Below, in pieces: positions 10,321-22,294 of a stretch of DNA of 64,000 bases. Position numbers and translations under genes: made by a program. The DNA is from Corallochytrium limacisporum Hawaii (Eukaryota > Protista > Pluriformea): contig PDIP01000085.1 in assembly GCA_002811645.1 (NCBI GenBank), positions 24,594 through 88,593 on the forward strand. Direction: 5' to 3'. The notes beneath the pieces are model-generated. The model searched no databases. It saw only the letters and a list, made by a program, of their open reading frames with translations, and had not been told where the DNA came from. How positions within the stretch are numbered: the first letter of the stretch is position 1; every line of letters starts with the position of its first letter.

Positions 10321-12024
10321 ATGAGTGATACCAACAGTAATGTAGACGGTGTCAGTACGCCACCTATACAAGGATCTTCCCTCAGCCGTGGCCCAGGGAG
10401 TGGCCGACGTCGCAATAAGAATAAGGGCGCCCAGAGTCAAGGCGATTCCGGAGAAAACAGTCCCGCCGTACAGAGAGCCCAGAGACAGAATGCGTCAAAT
10501 GCGGACAGCGGCAATAGCAGCGGCAATGAAGGTGGCAAAGGCAGTGGATCCAAACGCTCAGGTCGAGGAGGCGCCCGTGGCAGGGGTGGTAGCCGTCGCA
10601 ACAATCAACCGGAAGGAATGGCAACCCCGCCTGCAGAGCCTGGTACACCTCACCATCAGCAGCAGCAGCCGCCGCAGGAACAGCAACAGCAACAGCGACG
10701 AATGTCTTCCCAATTTGACGCATTAGTACAGTCTTTGGAGACGACGGGCACGTACTCCGCAAGTCCAGGGCAGAAAGGTCAACAGCAGCCACAGCAATAT
10801 CAACAATACGATCAGTATGGTAACTATGGTCAGTACGATCAACAGCAGATGGGCTACGACTACCAGGCCTACCAGAACTACTATCAGCAAAGAGGTGCTC
10901 CAGGGGGTGCTCCCATGCAGTATCAGCAGCAGCAGCAGTACTACCAACACGGACAGCAACCGCAGCAACAGCAGGGCGGTGCCAAGGCAGGCCAGGACCA
11001 AATCGACTACCTCGTGAGCGCCCTCACCCGTGCCGGTGTAGACGTGCCCATGTCTAGCAGTGCTCCTTCTTCCCCGGTTCCGCCTCAGCAGAGCGCCACA
11101 AACAGCCGCCAGCCACAGGAACAGGACTGGAACATTTACTACCGGGCAAATCCAACTCCGCCGCAGCAGCAGCTCCAAGCGCAGGCTGCGCAAGGGATGC
11201 TTTCTACTTCACCCGGTGGCACCCGGCGAGGAAGGGGTGGTTCATCGGCAGGTCTCGGGGAAGGTGGACGGTCGGGAATCCTCACAGACGCTGAGCTGCT
11301 GAACGATGACCGTCAGACCCCCTTGAAGCAGCAGGAGAAGCGATGGCAAAGTGGGCAGTCCGGAGGCAGCACCGAGAAGGCGAGCGGTAGGCGTCCTTTG
11401 CAATTAGTCCAATCATCGGGACCCAACCGCACAATGTTTGGGCCCATACGTCAACCGGAATTGCCGGTCCCCGGGGCCGTGGGGTTCAGGCTGCCACGCA
11501 AAGGCTTCGAAGAAGTACAGGCCAAGATCTGGGCTGAACGTGGCAAGGAGAATGAAGCCAAGTCTCAGAACGAGGGATCTAAGGGCTCGCGGCGTAAGAA
11601 CCGCAATACCAGTAGCCAAAACCAACAAGGGCAAATGCAGGCCCCAGGTTCTGGGGATGGATTCATGTCGGACGGTATGCTTCACAGTGTCAGCAGTCCC
11701 ATGGGTATTCCGACTACCTCGATGAACAAGGGTGGTGCAGTCTTTTTCAACCCTCACTACCCAGTGGGCAGTGCCCCGGGCACACCGACCGGCTTGACTC
11801 ATCATGCGCATGGCATGCCACCAGTGACGCCCCCGCCATCCTATATGAGTGGCTATGCCAGCACTGGCTATTCCACTCCGCCTCCGGTGCCAGACTACAT
11901 CCTGGATGGCAGCAATCTGTATGATGGACAGCAGCAGCAGCGGCAACAACAACAACAACAACAGCAGCAGCAGCAGCAGCAGCAGGGCCATCCTGCGAAC
12001 CAAAGTTATCAACAACAGTATTGA
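10321..12024 (+). CDS. Low-complexity Q/G/S/Y-rich intrinsically disordered protein
   Basis: 567-aa ATG ORF with RGG stretches, a QY-rich prion-like region, poly-Q, and an IRQPELPVPGAVGF motif resembling SUZ-C. Confidence 0.8.
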   Translation: MSDTNSNVDGVSTPPIQGSSLSRGPGSGRRRNKNKGAQSQGDSGENSPAVQRAQRQNASNADSGNSSGNEGGKGSGSKRSGRGGARGRGGSRRNNQPEGMATPPAEPGTPHHQQQQPPQEQQQQQRRMSSQFDALVQSLETTGTYSASPGQKGQQQPQQYQQYDQYGNYGQYDQQQMGYDYQAYQNYYQQRGAPGGAPMQYQQQQQYYQHGQQPQQQQGGAKAGQDQIDYLVSALTRAGVDVPMSSSAPSSPVPPQQSATNSRQPQEQDWNIYYRANPTPPQQQLQAQAAQGMLSTSPGGTRRGRGGSSAGLGEGGRSGILTDAELLNDDRQTPLKQQEKRWQSGQSGGSTEKASGRRPLQLVQSSGPNRTMFGPIRQPELPVPGAVGFRLPRKGFEEVQAKIWAERGKENEAKSQNEGSKGSRRKNRNTSSQNQQGQMQAPGSGDGFMSDGMLHSVSSPMGIPTTSMNKGGAVFFNPHYPVGSAPGTPTGLTHHAHGMPPVTPPPSYMSGYASTGYSTPPPVPDYILDGSNLYDGQQQQRQQQQQQQQQQQQQQGHPANQSYQQQY

Positions 12025-12169
12025 AATGAGTAGACCACCTTGTGACGTTGGGGCGTCCGCCGAACACAAAGCACAACTCCCGTCTTGAAATCGAAATGGA
12101 CAACAGGCTGTTTTTTTTTTAAGGATAGAAGAATGCATTATTTATTTATCAAGAACATGGTTAGTGGAA

Positions 12170-14101
12170 CTATGCGGCCTTCGCCTCGCGGAGTGCCAAA
12201 TCGGCCCGCTCGCGGACCATGTGGATTCCCTCCTCGATGCGGTTCTTGTGCACCGTCAGGTAGGTCAGCAGGTCAATAATCTCATTGTTGACGGCATTGG
12301 CTTCATCCTCCTTCTGCTGCAACAGGCGGGCGTTCTCCTCCTCAGCTTCCCTCAGGTTCTTCTCTGCCTCCTTGAGGGGCTTGCCAACCGCGAGTCTGCG
12401 GCCGTTGGCCTCCTTTGCCAGTACGTGAATGTCAGCCTCAATCTTGGCACACCGCTCAGTAATGGCCGCCTTCTGTTGCTCAAATTCGATCTCAGCATCC
12501 TTGATCTTGCTTTCCTGAGTGGCAAGGTCTTCGACTTTCTCTTCAAGCTGCTCCTTGACATTGTCAATGCGCTCCTGCCATTCTAGCAGCTTCGTTCGGG
12601 TGCTCGCCTGCAGGGCCACAAACTTGGACCGGAGTTGCATGAGGGATGGACGGATGTTACTCTTCAACATGACATTGATCTGGGTATCAGGCCTTGAGCT
12701 GTGCATATTGAGTTTGATCTCGAAATCGACACCGTTGGCGTTCTCGGCATGCTGAGGAATGAGCTGCATGTTCTCTGCCTGGGCATTGTACTTGGCAATG
12801 AATTTCTCTACTTCCTGCAGAGTGCGATCACGCTGCATTTCACGCTCATAGACCTCCTCGGACATTTTCTTTTCCTTTTCACGCAGAGCTTCCAAAGTGT
12901 CGTTCAGGCGCTTAATTTCTGTTCGAAGGCGGGATACTTCCTGGGGGCTCAGGTCCTGCTTGTCAATAAGATCACGCAGCTGGCTTTGCTCCTTGTGAAT
13001 GTCCACCAGCTTACTCTTCTTGACACCCAGATGGGCCTGAGATTCGTCCCGGCGGGCGGTGTGTTTGCTGAGGTGCTGACTAAGACCTTGGACCAGCTTG
13101 TCAAACTTGGACTGATCGTTCTTCATGTCCTCGACCTTGTTGGTCAGGACCTCGAGTTCACTGGGTTGACTCTGGTACTCCTCAAGTTCAGCCTCCAGGG
13201 CAGCAATTTCTACTTCCATATCCTTGCAGTTGTGCTCAATAATACTGTTGCGGTCATTGAATGCCTGCTCCAGATCGTCCTTAAGCTGCTCAAAGTTATC
13301 CTCGCCGCTCAGGAACTTTGCATAGGCATTGCCCATGAGGTTGAAGAACAGTTGGTTCTCATTTGGTCCTTCGTCTTCCTGACCCTCGGTCTGTATGACC
13401 TCTTCGGAGTCACCAAAGACGGAAGGGAAGAGAACCTGGTCGGCTCTAATGGAAGTGTTGAATTTGATGAGGTCTACCAACCACTTCAGAGCACCCAGCA
13501 GGTAGGGCCAGCTGTGGGGAGAACCGAGGCTCATAAGGGCACTCTTGTTGATTGTGAAAGGGTAGCGAAGCTGTTTGAAAAGGATCGGAATCTCCTCCTC
13601 CATCTTGTTTACAAACTGCCAGTTGGGGTCCAACTGCTCCATTAAGAAAACAACAATGTTGTTGAAGTCACGATGAGTGGGACTCGTAAGCAATTTTGTG
13701 CTGAGAGGGTGCGGGTACCCGTTGTCAACCAGGAACGTAAGCAATTCCCTAATGTTTTGCTTCTTTACGTCTGCGTTGGTGAGACCGCGGGGATCCCTCA
13801 TAAAGGTCCTACCACTGCTCTCCGGAGCCATGCTCTGTCGACGACCGCGAACGTCCTCCTTCGCACTGCGCTTAGCACTACCCTTCTTTCCAGGGGTCCG
13901 TGGTCCAAGATTCTCCTTACCGTAGGATGACGCCGTCATGGTCTGTCGACGTTTTTTAGCGCTGCCTTTGGAACTGCTCTTCAGCACGCGCTGAGGTCCG
14001 AGACTCTGACGGCTAGCCTTCACAGGGAGGTGCACGGCCGACAGATCTGCTGTGTTCCCCAGCAGACTGGTCTGCAGGGGTTCTCTGTTGCTGCGACTCA
14101 T
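12170..14101 (-). CDS. NDC80: Kinetochore protein Ndc80/Hec1
   Basis: Basic N-tail, RDPR, CH domain (LRYPFTINKSALMSLGSPHSWPYLLGALKWLVDL) and a long coiled coil. Confidence 0.97.
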   Translation of the reverse strand: MSRSNREPLQTSLLGNTADLSAVHLPVKASRQSLGPQRVLKSSSKGSAKKRRQTMTASSYGKENLGPRTPGKKGSAKRSAKEDVRGRRQSMAPESSGRTFMRDPRGLTNADVKKQNIRELLTFLVDNGYPHPLSTKLLTSPTHRDFNNIVVFLMEQLDPNWQFVNKMEEEIPILFKQLRYPFTINKSALMSLGSPHSWPYLLGALKWLVDLIKFNTSIRADQVLFPSVFGDSEEVIQTEGQEDEGPNENQLFFNLMGNAYAKFLSGEDNFEQLKDDLEQAFNDRNSIIEHNCKDMEVEIAALEAELEEYQSQPSELEVLTNKVEDMKNDQSKFDKLVQGLSQHLSKHTARRDESQAHLGVKKSKLVDIHKEQSQLRDLIDKQDLSPQEVSRLRTEIKRLNDTLEALREKEKKMSEEVYEREMQRDRTLQEVEKFIAKYNAQAENMQLIPQHAENANGVDFEIKLNMHSSRPDTQINVMLKSNIRPSLMQLRSKFVALQASTRTKLLEWQERIDNVKEQLEEKVEDLATQESKIKDAEIEFEQQKAAITERCAKIEADIHVLAKEANGRRLAVGKPLKEAEKNLREAEEENARLLQQKEDEANAVNNEIIDLLTYLTVHKNRIEEGIHMVRERADLALREAKAA

Positions 14102-14580
14102 AGTCACGGATCCTATGTGTCAAAATTCTCTTACTTGCTTCCCAGGTCCAATTACAAATAATTCTTATCCATGTCAGTCTGAAAAGAACTTCGGGTTGCC
14201 ACCGTTTTCGTGCAGAATAGAATCGCTTGCCATGGAATTGATTTACTCTTCAATACCACGCACGAAACCGGTATTTGGTCTTGAGTACCTCCCCAGAACC
14301 GCGTAAATGAATGGGCATTGCCAACTGTGCGGTCGCATCGGAGCGAACTCACGTCTACCCCGTCGGGTCACTCGGTTGAGACTATGTTTGGAGCCATTTG
14401 GATAAATGTTGGGCAGTGTGGTACTTGGAGAACACCGCGGCTGAGTCTTGGCAAGTCACCGTCTCGCCTTAGAGGCGATGTGTTCAGTACCGGACACCTC
14501 GACCAACACCATACGGCGGGTAAAAGGCGGGAGACTCAGTTGGAGTGGGACAGAGTGCCCGCTGGGAGAAAAACTCAAAA

Positions 14581-14593
14581 TTTTCCCGCCAAA
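14581..14593. promoter_or_regulatory. E2F/DP consensus site upstream of NDC80
   Basis: TTTTCCCGCCAAA about 480 bp upstream of the NDC80 ATG. Confidence 0.6.
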
Positions 14594-17424
14594 CTCGACC
14601 CCGGTGATTGGTTTATAGTGAATGTATTACAAGAATTGACGAACCGGGGGAAACCGGGGATTCGCGCCCTCGTTTCCCCCTCCCCCTTGGAAAGGCGGCG
14701 GAAAGGGACAAGAGTTCCTTTGGTACTGAAACCTCCCACCGATATTTTGAAATATGGGGCCTCCCGTCAATTTAGTACATTCACTAGGAAACCCGGAGGG
14801 ACTGCACAGGTCTAACAAACCACAGCCTGCCCTCCTTCTCCGCTCACATTCCTAATACATTTACTACGAGATTGAGTGGCACAGAAAAGCCCGAGACCCA
14901 GTGAATCGCGCTGAGGCGAACGGCGCGACAAAAAGAGGGGGCCCCCGGGGGGGGGAGGTGTTGTAGGGTTGGGGCCTCTATTAATTCATAACATCAGGTG
15001 TCCAGTTATTAATCTGCCAAGAGAGAAAACTGGACCAAGCAAGAAAACGAACGGGAGGGAGGGGGGAGTGCGAGACCCCCCGCGGGGAAGAAGGGGGGGG
15101 GAGCTCAGAGGGTGAGAGCCTTGGTTGCCGCTGATGGGGTGCTTTGCGGTGGGGTGTGACCGGACAGAAGACCAGCTCGCACTCAACAACCCCCGGGTGA
15201 CTATACACACACACAACTCCGCCCGGTGGAAAAAAAAAAAACACAACCTCCCCCACCCCAGGGAACTGATAGAGAAGAGACGGTGGTAGGCAATAAATAG
15301 CACAAGCACACACACACACACACACACCCCAACCCAACCCCGTCCTTCTCTGGCTCGCCTCCTCCCTCGTTTCTCTGTAGCACCCTTTCCCCGGGGTCGT
15401 GGCACTCCCCCCCCCCTCCGCGGGGCGGTGCGACCTCCACCCTTCCTCAGTGTGCCCCTCAAGGGCCTGAAAAAAGAAGGGACAAATCACGCCTTCCGCC
15501 CCGCCGGAGGGGGGGGGGTTGTCCCCCTCCGCCGGGTCTTCGTGATGTGTCGGCGGTGTGTACTCTGGCACTCCCTGATCACGAGTGTGCTGTGTGAGAT
15601 AGAGGATAAAGGAGAGAAGGGGAAGGGGGAGCCCCCGGAGGGGGGGGGGGCATGAGCGGTGTGCCAGTGTTAGCTATTTGCGTAGACGTGTGTGGACGTG
15701 TGGACTTTTGTGTATGTGTGAGATGGCTCCAACGTATGGGAAGGGTGAAGACGAAACAAACGAGGTTGTACAAAAACTAAAACGAGAAATCAGGAAACGA
15801 GGTTTCCTCTCCGTGGTTTTGACCTGCGAGGGACGGTATTTTGGGCACCAGGCCTCGTTTTGTTCTCCGTCTTTCTTTCTTGGGTCATACAAGATTCATA
15901 GCTAGGCGGGCAGCAGCGTCGACATAATGAGAGCAACTATTTGTCTCTCCAGGGACAACGCCACCGGGTTTGTACCTTGCACGTATAACTACGACAGGGG
16001 CGACAAAGCGGGGAGCCAAATAAAGCCAACTGAGGAAAGTCTCATATAAAACATACTGTCTGCGACCCACAAAACCTCAGGAGTGGGACTCGCTCGCTGT
16101 CCCGCTTTTGTGTTTCCGGTTCGGTTGCTCCTGCCTCGCACCAATGGCGCAGCAGGCAGAGCGAGCAACGAGAAAGGTCAGTGTCCCGTTGGGGCAGCAA
16201 GGTGGTGAGAGGGGACAACGTCCAATACATTCATGATTAGAAATCCACCTCTGCAGTGGGAGAATCCTTGCTGGAGGAGGAGCGGACGTGGTGGTGGGGG
16301 GAGGAGGGGAGGGGACGAGGCGCAAAACCAACGAGAGCCCAAAGAGGGTCTTCCCACTGTCCTCTCCCTGCGTTCCTTTCGCTGGCGTTTTCCTTCTTCT
16401 GGCAGGGGAGGCTACGTCTCTATAGTGAATATATACGAAGAAATGCGAGGGACGCCCGTTGATTGGGTAGCTTTCGCGGTGGTGGTTAGGACGAGCTGTG
16501 TTGTGCTGCTGCGCCCTGCAGGCGTTGGGGCGCTGCGCGTTAAGGGAATTGCAGGCAAACGCTCACCGCGGCGAAGTCCAAGAAGATCTATAAACGAAAA
16601 CGAAGGGAACAGGAAAGGAAAGGAGGATCCATTATTTGGGGGAGGAGGGGAAGGAGAAGGTGGGAGAGGTACACCGTGTGCGCTTTTTGTACTGTGACCT
16701 GTCAGGTTTGGGGGGTCCCCCCTTGGGTGAGTGCGCGTGTGTGCTATTTTGTTTTAGTTTTTTCTTTGGTGCGGTGTGAGAGCGGCCAGAGCGCCGGAGA
16801 AGAGAGAGCGTGTGGGGAGGGGGGGTGTGCGTGTGTGTGGTAGTCATTGTTGGGCAGCTCCTACATTCGTGTGAAGTGGATAGGTGGACAGGCCTGCCGT
16901 GGGTTCTCCTCCCTTATCATTCCATAGCCCGTGCCCCCACATTTGTTTCTCTTTTTTGCCAACCAATGGAACACCCAGACAGGGGCATACCGGAGGGAGA
17001 CAGAGAGGGGTGGCGGTGGTGGGGATGTGGGTGAGACTGGCCGGAGAGCGGAGAAAAGAACCAAGTGTGGAAACGCGCGTGTATGCGTCAGCGTCTGCGG
17101 GATGTGTGTGTGTGTGTGTGTTTATTAGGGTGCAGACGTTGTTCTGGGTCGGGAAAGAATGCGATAGTCAGTTAGCGAGTAAGTTGTTTGTTAAGGTTTC
17201 TATCGAGTAAGCTCAAACACTTATTTCGGGAGACTTGCATCCTTTGTGTGTTCACGACGCTGCGCCACCATATGTCAAGCGTTCGGTAATTGAACTTGAT
17301 ATAGGGCACTCCGCGCTCATTGGTAACGCCATGCAAAGACAATGATGATCTAGGGAAAGGCTCAATCACCTAGGCCTCCATAGGAGACACAGAAATCATA
17401 TACATTTAACATAAAGAAGGAACC

Positions 17425-18381
17425 ATGGTTGCCGCTGCACCAACAGAACAAGTACAGTCGAAGACTGCTGGACAGTCTCAGACGTACCGGGAAATTATTC
17501 AGTATGCTAAATTCTTGACTGCTGGTGGTATTGCTGGAGCAGTAAGCCGGACATGCGTCAGTCCCTTGGAACGTCTGAAGATTCTGTTCCAGGTCCAAAA
17601 ACCAGGCGATCCACCGTTGCGGATCGTGAAGACCCTAGTTGACATTTACAAATACGAAGGAATCATGGGTTACTTTAAAGGTAACGGTACCAATGTCATC
17701 CGTATGGTACCTTACAGTGCTGTGCAGTTTGCCAGTTATGAACAGTATAAGAAACTCTTGCTGCCCGAAGGACAGAAAGTTTTGGACACTCCCCGGCGAC
17801 TGGCTGCGGGCGCCTTGGCCGGGATGACTTCTGTTGCAGCAACATATCCCTTGGATCTTATTCGGACGCGTCTCGCTGCCCAGGAAGGTGCAGGTAAGGT
17901 AAAGAAATACAAGGGCATCGCACACGCTGCTGGGCTGATTCTCCGGGAAGAAGGTGGTTGGATGGGTGGCGCACTGTACCGTGGTCTGATCCCAACAATG
18001 ATGGGTATTGTACCCTACGTAGCACTGAACTTTACCATCTACGAAAGTATTAAGCTCTGGTGCGCCCAACAATACGATGTAGTCAACACAGACGACCTTC
18101 CGGTACCGGTTCGCTTGACTGCTGGAGCTGTTGCGGGGGCTGCAGCCCAGACAGTGACGTACCCTCTGGATGTGATCAGGAGACGTATGCAGGTGGTTGG
18201 TAACCCCGAGAGCGGGTACAAGTACAAAGGTACGTTCGATGCACTTGTCTCCATTGTGCGCGCGAATGGATTCAAGGGTCTCTTTGTCGGCATGATCCCT
18301 AACTACCTGAAGGTAGTACCATCCATCTCCATCAGCTTCGTCACCTACGAGTGGTCCAAGAAAATCCTTGCCAAGATCTAG
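17425..18381 (+). CDS. Mitochondrial carrier (SLC25; SLC25A42/YPR011C-like CoA/adenine-nucleotide clade)
   Basis: Three PX[DE]XX[KR] repeats (PLERLK, PLDLIR, PLDVIR); GNGTNVIRMVPYSAVQF; PNYLKVVP. Confidence 0.93.
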   Translation: MVAAAPTEQVQSKTAGQSQTYREIIQYAKFLTAGGIAGAVSRTCVSPLERLKILFQVQKPGDPPLRIVKTLVDIYKYEGIMGYFKGNGTNVIRMVPYSAVQFASYEQYKKLLLPEGQKVLDTPRRLAAGALAGMTSVAATYPLDLIRTRLAAQEGAGKVKKYKGIAHAAGLILREEGGWMGGALYRGLIPTMMGIVPYVALNFTIYESIKLWCAQQYDVVNTDDLPVPVRLTAGAVAGAAAQTVTYPLDVIRRRMQVVGNPESGYKYKGTFDALVSIVRANGFKGLFVGMIPNYLKVVPSISISFVTYEWSKKILAKI

Positions 18382-18502
18382 CGTAACATAGTTCGAAACA
18401 TAATTTTATATCAAAATTTATGAAGCATACATACAATATATAATATACTGTACTCTGAAGACCGTCTAATTCGAAGGGACACCTTGCAATGATTTTGACT
18501 CT

Positions 18503-18689
18503 GCATGGCCTTGAGAGCTTCCTCTGGCGATCCACAACGCTCCTGTGAGAATCCCCCGACACGACCCCCCCCCCCCGGGGGGAACGGTGTTTTGGACTGG
18601 TCTCAAACCNNNNNNNNNNNNNNTGAGAATCCCCCGACACGACCCCCCCCCACCACGGGGGGAACGGTGTTTTGGACTGGTCTCAAACC
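18503..18689. ncRNA. Candidate two-hairpin structured RNA; second hairpin duplicated across a 14-N gap
   Basis: Hairpin at 18503-18540 and hairpin TGAGA..Cn-loop-Gn..TCTCA (18546-18609, repeated at 18624-18689). On the minus strand an ANANNA (ACAGGA) hinge separates the two hairpins. Confidence 0.25.
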
Positions 18690-21600
18690 ATTTAATTATA
18701 CTTATTAGGTTTTCAGTTATATTCGTTGCCGAGGATGCCTCCGCTCCCGCGTCGGGATTTTGCCCCTGACGATGGCGCGAAAGGTTGGGTTTCTTATTGT
18801 TCCAGAGACGCCGGAGTCTATTTTCCAAGCGGTTTCACGGTCAGAGATTTGCTACTGAAATATTTTGATACCTTGATCAACTGGCGAAATTAGTAGTAGA
18901 CTTAGTACTAAAAAATGAGATCATGAGCAGCGCATGACCTATCTGTCTCTATCGTCTACTGTTGCAGCCGGGAGGGGTACTCCCTTTGTTGGGCTGCAAG
19001 AACCGGTGGCAAAAATGTCGCAGCTGTGCTTCTCCTCCATAGACATCGTTGAATGAGCGACCGCCGCAGCCACATAAGAGCCGTCACAGGCCCATTGTGA
19101 ATCTATCAACATGATTCTTTTGAAGTTTTGCCCGCCTCCACTTCTTCCGCATGTGAGATGCGGAAGAGAGTCGAATGTGCAGCGCTGAACAACTTGCGGC
19201 GTTGGTCGACTGGACAATGAATAACCAAAGACGACAGTAGCTGGCCTCCACTACCATCGCATCCATACACAATGGCCTACAGGAGTTCACGCACTGCATG
19301 CTGCTTTCCGGTGTTCCGTGCATCTGAAGGGCGACATATGCATACGGTGTATCATGTCCAAGTTCTGGCATCTGTGGTGTGCTGTGTGGAACGAATCGTT
19401 TACTGCATCACACTCTTACACTTCCAATCTCAAGATACGCCGACACTGCTCAGATTGTGTATGGGGTGGGGCATGCATGACTTTACGAGTGACTCGCAAG
19501 CTGCGATTGCAGCATTGCGCAAATCAGAATGACCTTGCGGGTGGTTGCCTTGGTTGGAGATCAGCGTGCTGTGCACTAAACGGGGGAGGGGAATATACCG
19601 CACCGCCAAGAATGTTCGGGAGTCCATATTCGTCCGTAATACCCCCCTCCATTGCCAGCAGCATGCCGCGCCAGCAAAATGCAGAAAGAAAAGGGGGCGC
19701 TCCAAACACTGCAAAAGGGCGCGCAAGAACGATCCTCGCCCCATGTCCCCAGAGACCCGCCAGGCGATAAAGGGTAGCCCCCTCCCTGGCGCAGTTTGTA
19801 GATTTTGGCCTATACATTCATTACTTTAAATGAGGAAGCTGATAAAATTCTTCGGTGTGCAGGCGATGGCAACCACTCTTCATAATATGACGATGTACTA
19901 GGAGAGAAGGAAATCTAGTTCCTCCTTCCCTTTGAATACTTACTGCATGGAGTGCAATACCAAGAAAATCAGCACTCAACTTGACACCCACTCCCTACCG
20001 TTACAAACTCACTCCCTTAATTCGTGTACAACACGCACTCACGCAAGAGGAAGTGATGGGCACCTCTGAGAGAGGGTGATATCCTACGAAAGTCCGCCTG
20101 CTAGCTGAGTTTCCCTTTTTCTTTGCCCTGGATCACGTCAAAATACGGGCATGCTAGTCATCCCAAGTCTAGGGGCCAAGCTTTTCCACCGGTAAAGAAC
20201 CCCCACCCTCCTGTTTCCTCCCGATCCCAACGCGAAAATCACAACAGCAAGGAAAAAAAAAGAGAACCAAAAATCTCCAACACAACACCGACCCACAAAG
20301 TGTGGTCCCCCCTTCCCCCAACTCTCTCGAACTGGAGCAAAAATCTCTGGGGTAGGGGGGGGGGGTGGCCCTGAGCGTCAATTTGTCCACGGCTGTTCTG
20401 GTAGTCATCTCGCCTTCCCCCCCCCCTTCCCTCCATTTGGTCACAATTCTCTCTCGGGGTCCACGTTGATTTCCAAACGCCTTCTCTTTTTGTTTTACTA
20501 TTTCAATTGGCCCGTGCTTGTTTTCCTTCGTTTCTTTTTTTGATTCCTGAAGACCCGCAGTAGCAACCATCGATGTTTGGGTATTCAGTGAGGAAAACAC
20601 GCATCCCCGCAGGTGGGCGGACACTTGCGGTGAAACAATACAAACTCTCTCTCTCTCTCCTCTCCTCCCTCCTTTCCCGTCCCCCAGAAAAGTAACAATA
20701 AAAAAAAACCCCCAAAGAATCTCTCCCCGCCTCTCCTCTCCTCCTGCTCCCCGGGCCCCCCCCACCCCCTTCTCCCCCAATCTCCTTCTCTCCCAAGCCG
20801 GAGCCCCTTCTTTCGTTGCACCTCACCCTTCTACCATCTCTTCATCACAACCAATCCGCGCGTTCGGATGATCTACGGGCGGGATCGGGTAGAGTTTCCC
20901 CTATTTTTTGTTCGTTATATAAAAACAACGGACGAAACAACACTGAAAGATTGCAAGGAGGGCATCGGGGAAGGGACGCCACAGGCGAACAAAGAGGAGC
21001 GCGGCTTTTCACGGAAGGGCGCAGGACACGTAGAGTGCCGGAGAGGACCTGCGAAGAGAATCCCCGGCTCTTAGCAAGGGCGGGCCCGTGAGTCAGTGAA
21101 ACATGCGTCAGTTTGCAATAGAAGGACTATGTAAGAAGAGGATATGGGGCTTTGAACCAAGCGCATTTGCAGGCCGGTGTGCAGCGGTGAGATTGCGAGG
21201 GCGGGGAAGTAGAGAAAAAGCAGACAGACTCTACTGGGTCCAAACCAGTTGTGCCGTCTGTGTTCCCACACCTGGGTAGGGCAATGGCATTATTTCCACC
21301 ACGGGAACTATAGTGTATATACTGGTGGAAGATTTTGGCGGGAACTTTCTCGACTTTTCTCGATGGAGGGAGAGAACAGTAGAAGGGGTCCACGCTTAAA
21401 TTTTGATCCGATGGTAATGCACACACTCCATCTGCACAAGCGCGTCGGTCTCATAATGAATGCTCCCTGAACTACAGCAGCTTTTGCCATTTCCGCTCAG
21501 AATTAGCGGAATACCGCACTGTAACTCGCAACCCCAGTGCGACCAAAAAAGGAGCGAAGAAGGACAGAAACGAAACAACACGGTGCGGCGGGAGAGGCTG

Positions 21601-22294
21601 AAACTGAGATAGATCGACGGACACTATACTCACTGAAGGGCAGAGGATGAAACACAAAGAGGGAAACTTCGAGAATTGACGGGACAAGCTTTTGTCCGAT
21701 GCGCGGGGTCTTTTCCTCCTTCTTCTTTTTCTTTTTTATTCCGGCATCGGTCTTCTCAAACTAAAAGAATGGTACTGGCAAATCCCTCTCTGTCCCGGCA
21801 CGTTTGCCAAGCGAAGGGGGTTAAGGAGTGGGGAGGGAGCGGTCTTGGAGGCTACTGCTGTCCCTCCCATGCTATTACCCTTATACACATATACGCCCGC
21901 TGTGGTTCGTAAGTAGTTCCCGAACAAAGTGTCACTCTAGTGCGCCAGCTGTTGGACGGCACAGGAAATTGGGAGGCAGAAGGATTGCCTTCCTATTTTC
22001 GTGCGCGGCTGCAAAAGTGTTGGTTAAGAAAAAAGGAATTCAATATATTTAATATAAGAATGTGACGAGTTACAAAACCAAGTATCAGTGTGCGTGAACA
22101 TGCCGGGGTCATATGTGTGGTTTCAATCAACACCCATCTTCCTTGTGGATCAAACCACACACCACCAATAATGATAATAGTGCCTGGAAACATCAGTATA
22201 TTTTACACCAATTCTCGTCCCGTCCCGATTCACGTATGTGTCCTTGCTTCATGTTCTGCGTTCTAATGCCGAGCATTGTGCGAGGAACAAAGGA

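Noticed and set aside
12701-13645. Long antisense ORFs over NDC80, EXOC1, PMS2, ECH1 and RPS14
   Set aside because: Shadow ORFs expected from codon bias; no recognisable domains.
18546-18689. Two ~65-bp direct repeats whose end (TGTTTTGGACTGGTCTCAAAC) vaguely resembles a type II CRISPR repeat
   Set aside because: Only two copies, abutting a 14-N gap and differing only within the poly-C run. Most likely an unmerged contig overlap; eukaryotic context, with no spacers or cas genes.
20064-20095. Hammerhead-like CTGA...CGAAA
   Set aside because: The core does not fit CUGANGA, and stems I and III are absent.
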